Made by a program: the position numbers and the translations under genes
The notes under the pieces: model-generated
Database searches by the model: none
What the model was told of the DNA's origin: nothing
What the model saw: the letters and a program-made list of their open reading frames with translations, nothing else
Shown: positions 29,487 through 39,063 of the stretch, in pieces
Layout of the letters: every line of letters starts with the position of its first letter
Numbering within the stretch: position 1 is the first letter of the stretch
Source of the DNA: Planctomycetota bacterium
GTDB lineage: Bacteria > Planctomycetota > B15-G4 > SIAN01
Assembly (NCBI GenBank): GCA_031409275.1
Contig: JANNXA010000037.1
Coordinates: forward strand, 1-64,000
Length of the DNA stretch: 64,000 nt
Direction: 5' to 3'

Positions 29487-30254
29487 TCAATCGAGTTCGA
29501 GTACGACCGGCGCGTGGTCCGAGGGCTGCTCGCCCTTGCGCGCCTCGCGGTCGATGGTCACCGCGCGCAGACGCGCGGCCACCGGCTTCGTCACCAGGAA
29601 GTGGTCGATGCGCAGGCCCCAACCGCGGTGGAACGCGCCCATTCGGTAGTCCCACCAGGTGAAGAGCTTGCCTTCGTCGTGGCGCAGCCGCAGCGCATCG
29701 TCGAGCCCGAACGCCGCGATGTGGCTCAGCGCCGTCTTCTCCTCTTCGGTGAAGAGACACTGTCCGCGCCACTTCTCGACGTCCCAGACGTCGCGGTCGT
29801 CCGGGGCGATGTTGAAGTCGCCGCACACGACGAGCGGCTCGTCGCGCTTGCAGTTGGAATCGAGGAAGGCGCGCAGCCGCGCCAGCCAGCGCAGCTTGTA
29901 GGCGAACTTCGGGCTGCCGACCTCCTGGCCGTTGGGCACGTAGACGTCGACGAGCCGCACGCCGCCGACCGTCGCGGCGAGGAGACGCGCCTCCGCATCG
30001 GGATCGCCGTCGCCCATGCCCCGCACGACGTCGCTCGGCTCCTCGCGGGCGACGATGGCCACGCCGTTGTAGGTCTTCTGGCCGTGCACGACGACGTGCC
30101 AGCCAGCGGCGGTGAAGCGCTCGAACGGGAAGTCGGCGTCGACGACCTTCGTCTCTTGCAGGCAGGCGACGTCGGGAGCGGCGCTCTCCAGCCAGCCGAG
30201 CACGCGGTCGAGACGCGCGCGCACCGAGTTCACGTTCCAGGTCGCGATCTTCAT
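29487..30254 (-). CDS. xth: Exodeoxyribonuclease III
   Basis: KIATWNVNS, CLQETK, YNGVA, YVPNG, GDFNIAP, RIDH, SDHAPV. Confidence 0.96.
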   Translation of the reverse strand: MKIATWNVNSVRARLDRVLGWLESAAPDVACLQETKVVDADFPFERFTAAGWHVVVHGQKTYNGVAIVAREEPSDVVRGMGDGDPDAEARLLAATVGGVRLVDVYVPNGQEVGSPKFAYKLRWLARLRAFLDSNCKRDEPLVVCGDFNIAPDDRDVWDVEKWRGQCLFTEEEKTALSHIAAFGLDDALRLRHDEGKLFTWWDYRMGAFHRGWGLRIDHFLVTKPVAARLRAVTIDREARKGEQPSDHAPVVLELD

Positions 30255-30264
30255 CGCGGGGAGG

Positions 30265-31761
30265 CTACCGCCGGCCGCCGCCGTCGGACGGGGCGCCGTC
30301 CTGGGCGGGCTCCTCGCCGCTGTCGTCCCCGGTGTAGCCGAGCGCGCGCAGCTCCTCGAGGATCTGCGGATCGATGCCGCTGCCGCCGCTCACCGCGCCG
30401 CGGCGATGCAGTTCGTGGCGCTGCTTCTGGAGGGCGAGGTCGCGCTTCAGCACCTTCGCGAGCTGCTGCGCGATGCCGTCGTTGGCGGCCGCGACGTCGT
30501 GCACCTCGTGCGGATCGGCTTCGAGGTCGAACAGCTGCAGGCGGCCATCCGGCTTCTGCAGCAGCTTCCAGCGCGTCGTCGTCAGCGTGTGGATCGGGTT
30601 GTCCCGCGCCGCCTGGCCGATCACCGGTCGCGCGACGTAGTCAGCCGCCAGCACATCGACTCCGCGGCACTGGGCGGCGAAGGCGGGGTCGCGCATGCCG
30701 GGCAGCAGCGCGATCACCGTCGGCAGGAGATCGATGGTGGAGACCAGCGACTCGACGGTGCCGGGGGAGAGGCCGGGCGCACGGATCAGCAGCGGCACGT
30801 GGTACTGCTCGTCCCAGGCGGTGCCGTGGCTCATCTGGCCGTGCTGGCCGATGCCATGGCCGTGGTCTCCCACGATGACGACCACCGTGTCGGCGCGGCG
30901 ATCCTCTTCATCGAGCCGCGCGAACAACGGTGCGAGCTGGTCGTCGAGGAAGCGCAGGCAGCCGTCGTAGAGGTTGCTGGCATCGGTGGTCGCCATCGCG
31001 CCGGCGTGCTCGCCCTCGCATTCGTCGGGGAAGCTGCGTTGCGCCAGCCATTCGGAGAGCTGCGCGTCCGTCTTGAAGAGTTCGAGATAGCGCTTCGGCG
31101 GCGTCTTCGGCGGCTTCACCGGACCGTGCGCGTCGAAGAAGTGGAGCCACGCGAAGAACGGGGCGTCGCCTGCCGCATCGAGGAACGGCAGCGCATCGGC
31201 GAGCACCTCCTTGGCGGTGCGGCGCGGCTCGCGCGACGGCGGCTCGGTGAAGGTCGCGAAACCGACGTGGAGCCCGGTGCTCTTCTTCACCGGAGTCGCG
31301 GCGACGAAACCGCCGGTTCGAACGCCGAGCGCGTCGACGGATTGCGCGAAGGTGCGCAGCGTCGGTGAAGTCTTGAGCGACAGCGCCGACTGCTCGACGG
31401 CCGGACGCAGGAAGAAGTTGTCGAGGATGCCGTGCTCGTAGGGATAGACGCCGGTGAGGATCGAGGCGTGGCTCGGCGTCGTGTTGGCGATGGGCGAGAG
31501 GCAGCGCGTGAAGCGGACGCACTGCTGCGCGAAGCGGTCGAGGTTGGGCGTCGTGTCGCGGAAGTAGCCGTAGCAACCGAGCTTGTCGGCGCGCACCGTG
31601 TCGAGCGTGATGAGCACGAGGTGGCGCGCGGCGGTTGCGGCGGGAGCGGGGAGCGCGGCCGAAGCGGGCGCGTCCTGACTGGCGCTGCGAGGAGCGGCGG
31701 CGAGCTGCGTCGCGACCGCCAACGCCGCGAGCAGCCCGGTCAGCACGATTCCAGCTCTCAT
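30265..31761 (-). CDS. Sulfatase-like hydrolase/transferase (no TPR), secreted
   Basis: LDTVRADK, ANTTPSH, HFFDAH, GDHG, LRALGY; signal peptide. Confidence 0.85.
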   Translation of the reverse strand: MRAGIVLTGLLAALAVATQLAAAPRSASQDAPASAALPAPAATAARHLVLITLDTVRADKLGCYGYFRDTTPNLDRFAQQCVRFTRCLSPIANTTPSHASILTGVYPYEHGILDNFFLRPAVEQSALSLKTSPTLRTFAQSVDALGVRTGGFVAATPVKKSTGLHVGFATFTEPPSREPRRTAKEVLADALPFLDAAGDAPFFAWLHFFDAHGPVKPPKTPPKRYLELFKTDAQLSEWLAQRSFPDECEGEHAGAMATTDASNLYDGCLRFLDDQLAPLFARLDEEDRRADTVVVIVGDHGHGIGQHGQMSHGTAWDEQYHVPLLIRAPGLSPGTVESLVSTIDLLPTVIALLPGMRDPAFAAQCRGVDVLAADYVARPVIGQAARDNPIHTLTTTRWKLLQKPDGRLQLFDLEADPHEVHDVAAANDGIAQQLAKVLKRDLALQKQRHELHRRGAVSGGSGIDPQILEELRALGYTGDDSGEEPAQDGAPSDGGGRR

Positions 31762-33203
31762 CGACCGCCTCCGCCGTCGTCCTTCTTGTCGCCGTCCGTC
31801 GGTCGATTCTCGCCGCCGGCGCCGTACCCGAGTTCGTCGAGCTCGCTCGCGAGCGCGGGATCGAGCGGCGTGACGGCGGCACTGCTGCGATGGCGCCTGG
31901 CGCGCTGCGCCGCCGCGTGCTTGTAGTCGTCGATCGCCAGCGATAGCTCCGCCACGACGTCGGCGTGCTGGCTGGCGACGTTCTTCAGCTCGAACGGATC
32001 GCCGGCGAGGTCGAAGAGGTCGCACTGGTTGCCGGGCTTGCGGATCAGCTTGAAGCGCTCGGTGATGACGGCGTCGATCTCGTACTGCTCGGGCGCGCAG
32101 GCGAACGCCGGGCGTTGAACGAAGTCGGGCGCAAGGAGATCGACGCCCTGCAGTTGCTCGCGAAAGGCCGGCAGCGCGAGTTCCGGCGCGCAGCCAAGCA
32201 GCGTCGGCACCACGTCGAGCGTCGAGCAGATCGAGGCGACCGCGTGCCCGGGACGACCCGGCACCTTGAGGAAGAACGGGACGTGGAGCTGCTCGTTCCA
32301 GACGATGCCGTGGCCGCGGAAGCCGTGCTGGCCGAGTCCCTGGCCGTGGTCGGCGACGATGGCGACGAGGGTCGTTGCGGCGAGGTCGGGCTTTGCGAGG
32401 CGGGCGAGCAATGGCGCGAGCTGCGCATCGAGGAAGCGCAGCGCGCCGGCGTACTGGTTCACGGTCTCGACCGTCGGCTGCGCCTTGTTCGAGCGGCCGG
32501 CGGGGTCGGCCGGAAAGCGGCGCTGCGCGAGCCACTCCTCGAGCGCGGGTTCGCGCGAGTAGTAGTCGAGGTGCTCCGGCGGACCGAACTGCTCGGGCTG
32601 GAATGGACCATGCGCGTCGAAAAGATGCACCCACAGGAAGCAGTCGCGTTCCTGGCGGCGCTCGAGGAAACGCAGCGCTTCGCCGACGACGACCTTGCCC
32701 GGACGTCGCGTCGACGCCGGTTCGGACCAGGTGTCGAAGCCGGCATCGAGGCCGGTGAAACGCTTCACCGGCGTCGAACTGACGAACCCGCCGGTGCTTC
32801 GATCCGTCTCCTGAAGCGCTTGCGCGAGCGTGCGCAGCGTCGTGCTGGTGTTCAGCCGGAACGCCTTCTTGCCCTCTCCGCTCTCGTTGATCGAGTTGCC
32901 GATGACGCCGTGCTCGTAGGGCGACGTCGACGTGAAGAGCGACGCGTGGCTCGGGGTGGTGTGGGAGATCGGCGCGTAGCAGTTCTCGAAGCGCCACGCG
33001 TCCGCGACGTAACGATGCAGCGCTGGCATGGTGTCGCGGAAGTGGCCGTAGCTCGCCAGCAGGTCGGCGCGCACCGTGTCGAGCGTGATGACCACCAGGT
33101 GGCGCACCGTGGGAGCCTCTGGGGCGGTGGGCGCGACCTCCTGCGGCGCAGCAGCGAGCAGCGAGGTGGTGGCGAACGCGAGCAGGACGAGGCGGTGTCG
33201 CAT
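31758..33203 (-). CDS. Sulfatase-like hydrolase/transferase (no TPR), secreted
   Basis: LDTVRADL, SHTTPSH, HLFDAH, ADHG, LDELGY; signal peptide. Confidence 0.85.
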   Translation of the reverse strand: MRHRLVLLAFATTSLLAAAPQEVAPTAPEAPTVRHLVVITLDTVRADLLASYGHFRDTMPALHRYVADAWRFENCYAPISHTTPSHASLFTSTSPYEHGVIGNSINESGEGKKAFRLNTSTTLRTLAQALQETDRSTGGFVSSTPVKRFTGLDAGFDTWSEPASTRRPGKVVVGEALRFLERRQERDCFLWVHLFDAHGPFQPEQFGPPEHLDYYSREPALEEWLAQRRFPADPAGRSNKAQPTVETVNQYAGALRFLDAQLAPLLARLAKPDLAATTLVAIVADHGQGLGQHGFRGHGIVWNEQLHVPFFLKVPGRPGHAVASICSTLDVVPTLLGCAPELALPAFREQLQGVDLLAPDFVQRPAFACAPEQYEIDAVITERFKLIRKPGNQCDLFDLAGDPFELKNVASQHADVVAELSLAIDDYKHAAAQRARRHRSSAAVTPLDPALASELDELGYGAGGENRPTDGDKKDDGGGGR

Positions 33204-33473
33204 GGCGGTGCATCTTGCCGGGCTTGAAGCGAGTCGGACAGCGTCGGGAACGCGGGTTCGTCACATCCGACGACTGGCAACGCGGCGGCGTTGCGCTTTC
33301 AAGAGGGAGGTGATGGCGACGGTGATGGAACTCCATGGACGGACGGCGCGTCCGAGTGATGTGGCGACCCATTCTTCGCTGAGTCTGATGTCTGCCAACG
33401 AGGTGCGCGTGTTCGCGCGCCGCTGACGAGCCCCCTCGCCCGCGACGCCCGGTCGCGCGCTGGGGAGAACGTC

Positions 33474-36400
33474 ATGCCCAGATCCGATGGTGCGGTCCAA
33501 CGACCGCGGCTTGAACGCGCGCTGCTGGCGTTCGCCGTCGCCTGGATGCCGCAAGTCGACAGCTACTACGCCAATGACGGCACGAACCACATCGCCGACG
33601 CGGCGAACGGCGAGTTCGGGCCCGACCTCGGCGGCTTCATCCCGTTCGCGCGATTCGACGATCGGCGTGCGTTGCTCGGCCATGTGCTGGCGCGGCGCTT
33701 CGATGAGGCGCAGGCGGGGCAGTCGTTTCGCTCGTTGATGCTCGAGAACTTCCACGATCTGCGGCGGCTCGACGCGAAGCTGCGCCAGTTCGCCGGCACC
33801 GCGCTGCTGCCGCTGGCGGCAGCGGAGGCAAGCCAGGACGGTCCGGTGACGAAGCGAGCGACGTGGTGGGGCCGGCCATTCACGCTCTTCCCGTACCGAG
33901 TGCACGGCGGCCCCGCGCTGGTCTGCATCGCCGACGACACGCTGACCGCGGCGCCCACCGATCGCCATCTGCTGCTGGTCAACCTGAGTTCGCATCCCTC
34001 CGACTTCGCGCGCAACGAGAACCCGCTCACCACCTGGTTCACGGCGCCATCGGGCGGCAGCAGCGGGCCGGTCGGCGCGCCCTTCCTGTCGCCGAGCGAG
34101 CAGGCGCTCGAACGCGGCGATGTGGTGGTGGTCACGCAGGAGAACCTGAGCGAGAGCCTCTGGATCGCGCTGCAGCGCACGCAGGAGTGCGAGTGGTTCG
34201 TGCGCGAGCAGCTGCTGCCGTCGCTGGGCGTGAAGCTCGACGCCGCGGTGTCGCGCTCCTACCTCATCGGCCACTCGTGGGGCGGGCTCGTCTCGACGAT
34301 GCTGGCGCTCCTGCAACCGCAGGTCTGGGCCGGCGCAGGGGAGTTCCTGGTCGATGACCTCGGCTACGGCGTCGGCGACAGCAAGCTCCTGAAGACGCTG
34401 CACCAGACCGCGACCGGGATGCTGCCGCCGGAACTTCCGAATGACCCGTTCTTCGCGCCGTTCTATGCGATGGTCGACGTCCTCGGGACGCGCTTCGATG
34501 CGCCGCAGACGATGGCGGACGGCACCCGCATGCAGCCGTGGGACCTCGGTGGCTTCTCGCTTGCGACGCGGCGCCGCGAACTCGCGGTGCCGGTGCGCGG
34601 CTTCATGTCGGGCGAAGACTGGATCGTCAACCTGCACTGGATGGCCGATGGCGCTCGCGCCAACCCGCTGTTTCAGGTCGAGCCGCGCCAGTTCACCGAC
34701 CACGACGGCGTCTTCGGCGCCAGGGATGGCGTGAACGAGTATTCGATCTGGAGCGGCGATGAGTGGGATCGGCTGCTGAAGTCGGGGACGCTTGCCGGCG
34801 CGCCTCAGCCGCTCGTGCCGACGACCCCGCCGCCGCCCACGCGCCCGGTCTATCCCGATCCTTACAGCCACACCCTGCGCCATCACCATGTGGCGGACGC
34901 CAATGAGGACTTCCTGTCGGTGGCGGACCTCTCACCCGCGGGTGATGGGAGCAACGCCGCCACGCCGTTCCTCGGTCAGGGAGTGTGGCCGGCGTGGAAT
35001 GACTCGCTCTTCGTCGGTCAGCTCGACGGCGACGCCGCGATCGAGGTGGCGTTCGGCAACCTCGACGGCCACGTCCACGTGATGGAGATCGACGCCAATC
35101 GCGATCCGACCGACCCGCTGCGGCTGCGCGACGAGTGGATGAGCCCCTACCTCGGCTGGGGGATCTTCTCGTTGACGGTTGCCGGAAACGGTCCGAACGC
35201 GCAGATCCTCGCCAGTGACGCGCTTGGCCAGATCTGGAAGATCCAAAGCGGCGGTGGTTCCTACACGGTCGGCGCCACGCCGTTCCTTTCGGCCGCGGCG
35301 GCGCCGCAGTTCCTCTACGAAGGACCGAATCAACACCTGAAGGTCGGCGACTTCGCGAGCGCCTTGCCCGGACTCGAGCTGCTGGTGTTCAACCGTTTCT
35401 GCGACTGGTCGCTCTTCTCGCTGGCGACCGGCCAGCCGATCCCGGGTGGCCGCCTGCAGCGCAGCCTGCACGCGACGGGGCCGGCGAGTGCGACGGTGTG
35501 TGACATCAATGGCGATGGCGACGACGAACTCCTGGTACCTTCGATCGACGGCCACCTCTGGCTGCTCGATCCGGGAGCGGACGGCAGCTTCGCCACGGCG
35601 ACGGAAGCCAATCCGGTCCTGTGGAGCACGTTCACTGGCCGGATGATCTATCGCGTCGAACCCGTCCACTTCGGAACCGGTGGCGCGCTCAGCCACCTGC
35701 TGGTGTTCAGCCGCAGCGACGAACTCGATTCGCGTGTGCCGCCGATGTCGCGCAACCGCATCGCCTTGGTGGACGTGCTGACACGGAAGCTCGCAGGCGA
35801 GATGGATGCCGACCCTGAGGACACGTTCGATCCGCCCGCCTTCGCCTGGTTGAAGCGCCCGCAGGCGGGGCAGGGCGCGGCGTTCGTGATCGCCGGCGCC
35901 AACCTCGTGCAGAAGTACCTGCTGCGCCACGTGCCGGTCGGAGCGACGACCGGGAGCACCAGCGGAGCGAACGGTGGCACCACGCTGTCGCTGCGCTTCG
36001 GCGGCCAGATCAAGATGATCGACCCCGATCAGTCGCAGGGGCCCGGCGCGCATGTGACCGCGCTCGAGACGTTCTCGGTGTCCGGCCCGCGCTATGTCCT
36101 CGTCGCGCTTGGGAACGGCCGCTTCCTCACGCTCGATACGCATCTCGAGCCAGTGCGCACCTCGGCACAGGAGTACGGCGACGATCCGGACGTGACCGGT
36201 ACCCGTCCGGCGCGCACCTGGTGGTCGAACCGCTCGCTGGCGCGAACCTTCGCGCTCGACCTGGTGCAGTCGAAGCCTGGCGCTCCGGCGAGCCTCTACT
36301 TCGCCGACTTCTCGGCGCGCTATCTCCGCGGCCCCAATCGCTTTCGCCTGGGGCGCGTCGAGATCCCATTGTCGGGTGCGCCCACCTTCGATCCGTTCGT

Positions 36401-37502
36401 GAGCGCGGTCGAACATGGCGCCGGCAATCCGCTGAACGCCGACTTCACGCGGCGGCTGCGCATGGTCGACCTCGATGGCGACGGACAGCTCGAGCCGGTC
36501 ACCTTCGCCGAGAGCGGCGACCTCCATTTCGACGCGCTCAGCGCGACGACGCGGCAGTTCTGCACCGTCGCCTTCAACCCCTCGTTCTTCCACGACGATG
36601 ACCTCGGGAAGGCGCGGATGCTCGGCGGCTACCTCTTCGAGCGGAAGGATGACCCGCTCGATCCCTACGCGTACCTGAGCGGCTTCTCGATCCCGCGCGA
36701 TCCGACGGTCGCGTACGCCGACAACGGCGGCAGCGACTGGTGGTACCCGCGGGTGGGCGCGCATCGGCTCGACGGACAGATCGCGGCGCCCACGCAGAGC
36801 GCGTTCGCCCACACGCTCGGGGCGAGCTTGCGGGTCGTCGACCTGCCAGGTGCCAGCGGTCCCTCCACGCCGCGGCCACATGTCGTGGTTGGGACTGCGG
36901 GTGGCTACGTCTATGCCGTCGAGCCGGGCCCGGCGTCGACGATCTCGAGTGGCGGCATCCCGTCGCAGCTCGGCTACGCGTCGGTCGACCTCGGCTCGAT
37001 CGTGCTGGGACTCGATGCCGGCGAGCTCGACGGCGATCCCGACCAGGAGCTGGTGGTCGGCACGCTGCTCGACACCGGTTCCTCCATCGACTGGGAGCGT
37101 GGCAACGTGTCCGCCAACCGCGCGCAACTCGTCGTGCTCGATCCGCAGGCGAGCCTCGGCGCCAGCGGCGTCGGCACCTTCGACATGACGCGCATCGACG
37201 GCGACGATCGCTTCGGGCCGGGCGGTGGACTCGGCGCCGGCGTCAGCGGCGTCCGCGTCGATGACGTCGATGGCGATGGCGTGGCGGAGATCTGGTGCGG
37301 GGACGCGGTCGGCCACGTCTGGCTGTTTCGACGGACCGGCAGCGAATGGAAGACCTACTTCCGCTCGGCCGACCTTGGCGTGAGCCCCGGCGTCTACAAC
37401 AACCTCTTCCCGATCAAGGACGCGAAGGGCCGCACGGTCCGGCTCGTCGTGGTCTCGGCCGGCTACGTGATGGCGTTCGAGGTCGACTTCGCGCGGATGT
37501 GA
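33474..37502 (+). CDS. Large hypothetical protein: alpha/beta-hydrolase-like region plus FG-GAP/VCBS-like repeats
   Basis: 1342-aa ORF with GGGAG RBS; YLIGHSWGG (GxSxG); DINGDGDDELLV, DLDGDGQLE, ELDGDPDQELVVG, DVDGDGVAEI. Confidence 0.75.
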   Translation: MPRSDGAVQRPRLERALLAFAVAWMPQVDSYYANDGTNHIADAANGEFGPDLGGFIPFARFDDRRALLGHVLARRFDEAQAGQSFRSLMLENFHDLRRLDAKLRQFAGTALLPLAAAEASQDGPVTKRATWWGRPFTLFPYRVHGGPALVCIADDTLTAAPTDRHLLLVNLSSHPSDFARNENPLTTWFTAPSGGSSGPVGAPFLSPSEQALERGDVVVVTQENLSESLWIALQRTQECEWFVREQLLPSLGVKLDAAVSRSYLIGHSWGGLVSTMLALLQPQVWAGAGEFLVDDLGYGVGDSKLLKTLHQTATGMLPPELPNDPFFAPFYAMVDVLGTRFDAPQTMADGTRMQPWDLGGFSLATRRRELAVPVRGFMSGEDWIVNLHWMADGARANPLFQVEPRQFTDHDGVFGARDGVNEYSIWSGDEWDRLLKSGTLAGAPQPLVPTTPPPPTRPVYPDPYSHTLRHHHVADANEDFLSVADLSPAGDGSNAATPFLGQGVWPAWNDSLFVGQLDGDAAIEVAFGNLDGHVHVMEIDANRDPTDPLRLRDEWMSPYLGWGIFSLTVAGNGPNAQILASDALGQIWKIQSGGGSYTVGATPFLSAAAAPQFLYEGPNQHLKVGDFASALPGLELLVFNRFCDWSLFSLATGQPIPGGRLQRSLHATGPASATVCDINGDGDDELLVPSIDGHLWLLDPGADGSFATATEANPVLWSTFTGRMIYRVEPVHFGTGGALSHLLVFSRSDELDSRVPPMSRNRIALVDVLTRKLAGEMDADPEDTFDPPAFAWLKRPQAGQGAAFVIAGANLVQKYLLRHVPVGATTGSTSGANGGTTLSLRFGGQIKMIDPDQSQGPGAHVTALETFSVSGPRYVLVALGNGRFLTLDTHLEPVRTSAQEYGDDPDVTGTRPARTWWSNRSLARTFALDLVQSKPGAPASLYFADFSARYLRGPNRFRLGRVEIPLSGAPTFDPFVSAVEHGAGNPLNADFTRRLRMVDLDGDGQLEPVTFAESGDLHFDALSATTRQFCTVAFNPSFFHDDDLGKARMLGGYLFERKDDPLDPYAYLSGFSIPRDPTVAYADNGGSDWWYPRVGAHRLDGQIAAPTQSAFAHTLGASLRVVDLPGASGPSTPRPHVVVGTAGGYVYAVEPGPASTISSGGIPSQLGYASVDLGSIVLGLDAGELDGDPDQELVVGTLLDTGSSIDWERGNVSANRAQLVVLDPQASLGASGVGTFDMTRIDGDDRFGPGGGLGAGVSGVRVDDVDGDGVAEIWCGDAVGHVWLFRRTGSEWKTYFRSADLGVSPGVYNNLFPIKDAKGRTVRLVVVSAGYVMAFEVDFARM

Positions 37503-38992
37503 GAGAGCTCCTCGATCACGGCTGCGCGGGCGACGGCGGCGTCGCCGCGCGCGCCGGTGAAGTGGAGGTGCTGCACGAGTGCCTGTTCGACGAACATCTC
37601 GAGCCCTTCGATCGTCGCGGCGCCGCGCGCGCTTGCTTCTTCGAGCAGGCGCGTGCGGCGCGGGCGGTAGATCAGCTCGAAGAGAACGTCGTCCGCGCGG
37701 ATCGCCGTTGCGGGCAGCGGCGTCTCGTCGATCCGCGGCGCCATGCCCAAGGGCGTCGCCTGCACGATGAGGTCGCGCGCCACGTCGGCTCGCTGCTCCC
37801 ACGCGACCGCGGTGGCGCCGAACTCGGCGGCGAGGGCGGCCGCCCGCGCGAACGTGCGTGCGCAGACGGTGACTTCGACGCGAGCTTCACGCAACTCCAC
37901 GACCGCGGTGCGCGCCACGCCGCCGGCGCCCAGCACCAGGGCTCGTTGCGGCGGCGGTCGACTGGATGGCCACCCGTGGCGCAGCGCGGCGCGAAAGCCC
38001 GCCACGTCGCTGTTGCCCGCGCGCCAGCCCTCGACGGTGCGCATCAGCGTGTTGGCCGAGCCGGCGAATGGCGGCCACGGCTCGCCTGGCAGCGCGCCGA
38101 TGGCGCTGCGTGCGGCGGTTTCCTTGTGCGGGAGGGTGATTGCCGCCGCGGTGACGCCCAGCGCGTCGCACAAGTCGAGCGCGCTTGCGAGGTCGGGTGC
38201 GCGCATCGGCACGAAGCCGCGCACGACGCCCGCCGCGCGGTAGAGCGCGTGATGGAGCGTCGGGCTCGCGGAGTGCGCGATCGGGTCGCCGATCACGGCG
38301 GCTGCGGCCATCGTCGGGTGCTGCTCGCGCAAACGGTGCAGTCGTGCCAGCTCCGTGACTGTCGGTTGACCGGGCGCGGTGGCGGCGTAACCCGCCAGCG
38401 AGCCATACACGAACGCGGCGCCGAGCTTTCCGGCGAGCAGCCGCGTTGGCGCGCCGAGCTCTCCCATTGCGAAGCACGCAACGCGCGCGCCCTGTTCGGC
38501 GAGGCTCCGTTGCAGGCGAGCGATCCGCGCGACGTCGACGAGATCGCGCGGCGTGATCGCCAGCTTGACGACCGCATCGCGGCGGCGCGCGACGAGGGCG
38601 GCGGCCATCGCTTCGAGGTCATGCGGCGGCGCCCGCCATTCGTGGTGCGACACGATGCGCTGCGCGGGACCGAGCGGCGCGTCGGCGAGCGGGCCATTCG
38701 CCTCGAGGTCGATCCACGCGGCGACGCTTGAAGCGGCAACGAGTCGCCGTGCGCGCTCGCCCTCATCGCCCGCGAAGGCGCCGCCGTCGGCGCGCGCGCG
38801 AATGGTGACGATCGTCGGCAGCGGCAATCGAGGCAGCAGCGCGAGCCAGTTCGCGAACGCGTCGCCGGCGAGATCGGCGCGAAGTTCGAGCAGATCGGCG
38901 TCGCCCACCGCGGCGGCGGCCGCCGCCGTCAGCTCGGCGAGGTCACGGGGCATCACGCTGGCGACGATCGCACACGACATGCGCTCGATCAT
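37463..38992 (-). CDS. aroDE: Type I 3-dehydroquinate dehydratase / shikimate dehydrogenase fusion
   Basis: LELRAD, IVSHH, VVKLA, FAMGE.G..TR, APGQ; GDPIAHSASP, TLPHK, LGAGGVAR, QATPLGM, GLEMFVEQA. Confidence 0.9.
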   Translation of the reverse strand: MIERMSCAIVASVMPRDLAELTAAAAAAVGDADLLELRADLAGDAFANWLALLPRLPLPTIVTIRARADGGAFAGDEGERARRLVAASSVAAWIDLEANGPLADAPLGPAQRIVSHHEWRAPPHDLEAMAAALVARRRDAVVKLAITPRDLVDVARIARLQRSLAEQGARVACFAMGELGAPTRLLAGKLGAAFVYGSLAGYAATAPGQPTVTELARLHRLREQHPTMAAAAVIGDPIAHSASPTLHHALYRAAGVVRGFVPMRAPDLASALDLCDALGVTAAAITLPHKETAARSAIGALPGEPWPPFAGSANTLMRTVEGWRAGNSDVAGFRAALRHGWPSSRPPPQRALVLGAGGVARTAVVELREARVEVTVCARTFARAAALAAEFGATAVAWEQRADVARDLIVQATPLGMAPRIDETPLPATAIRADDVLFELIYRPRRTRLLEEASARGAATIEGLEMFVEQALVQHLHFTGARGDAAVARAAVIEELSHIRAKSTSNAIT

Positions 38993-39009
38993 GCCGCGGA
39001 CGGAGCGCG

Positions 39010-39063
39010 GCGCAGCAGATCAGCGCAGCGATCAGCGCAGCAGATCAGCGCAGCAGATCAGCG
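39010..39063. repeat. Tandem 13-bp repeat (GCGCAGCAGATCA x4) overlapping the stop of the DUF2520 gene
   Basis: Units start at 39010, 39023 (12 bp), 39035, 39048. Confidence 0.85.

Noticed and set aside
33076..33426. Upstream read-through or frameshifted extension of the 1342-aa gene
   Set aside because: Different frame, overlaps the sulfatase-like gene on the other strand, and the 33474 ATG has its own RBS with an in-frame stop at 33357
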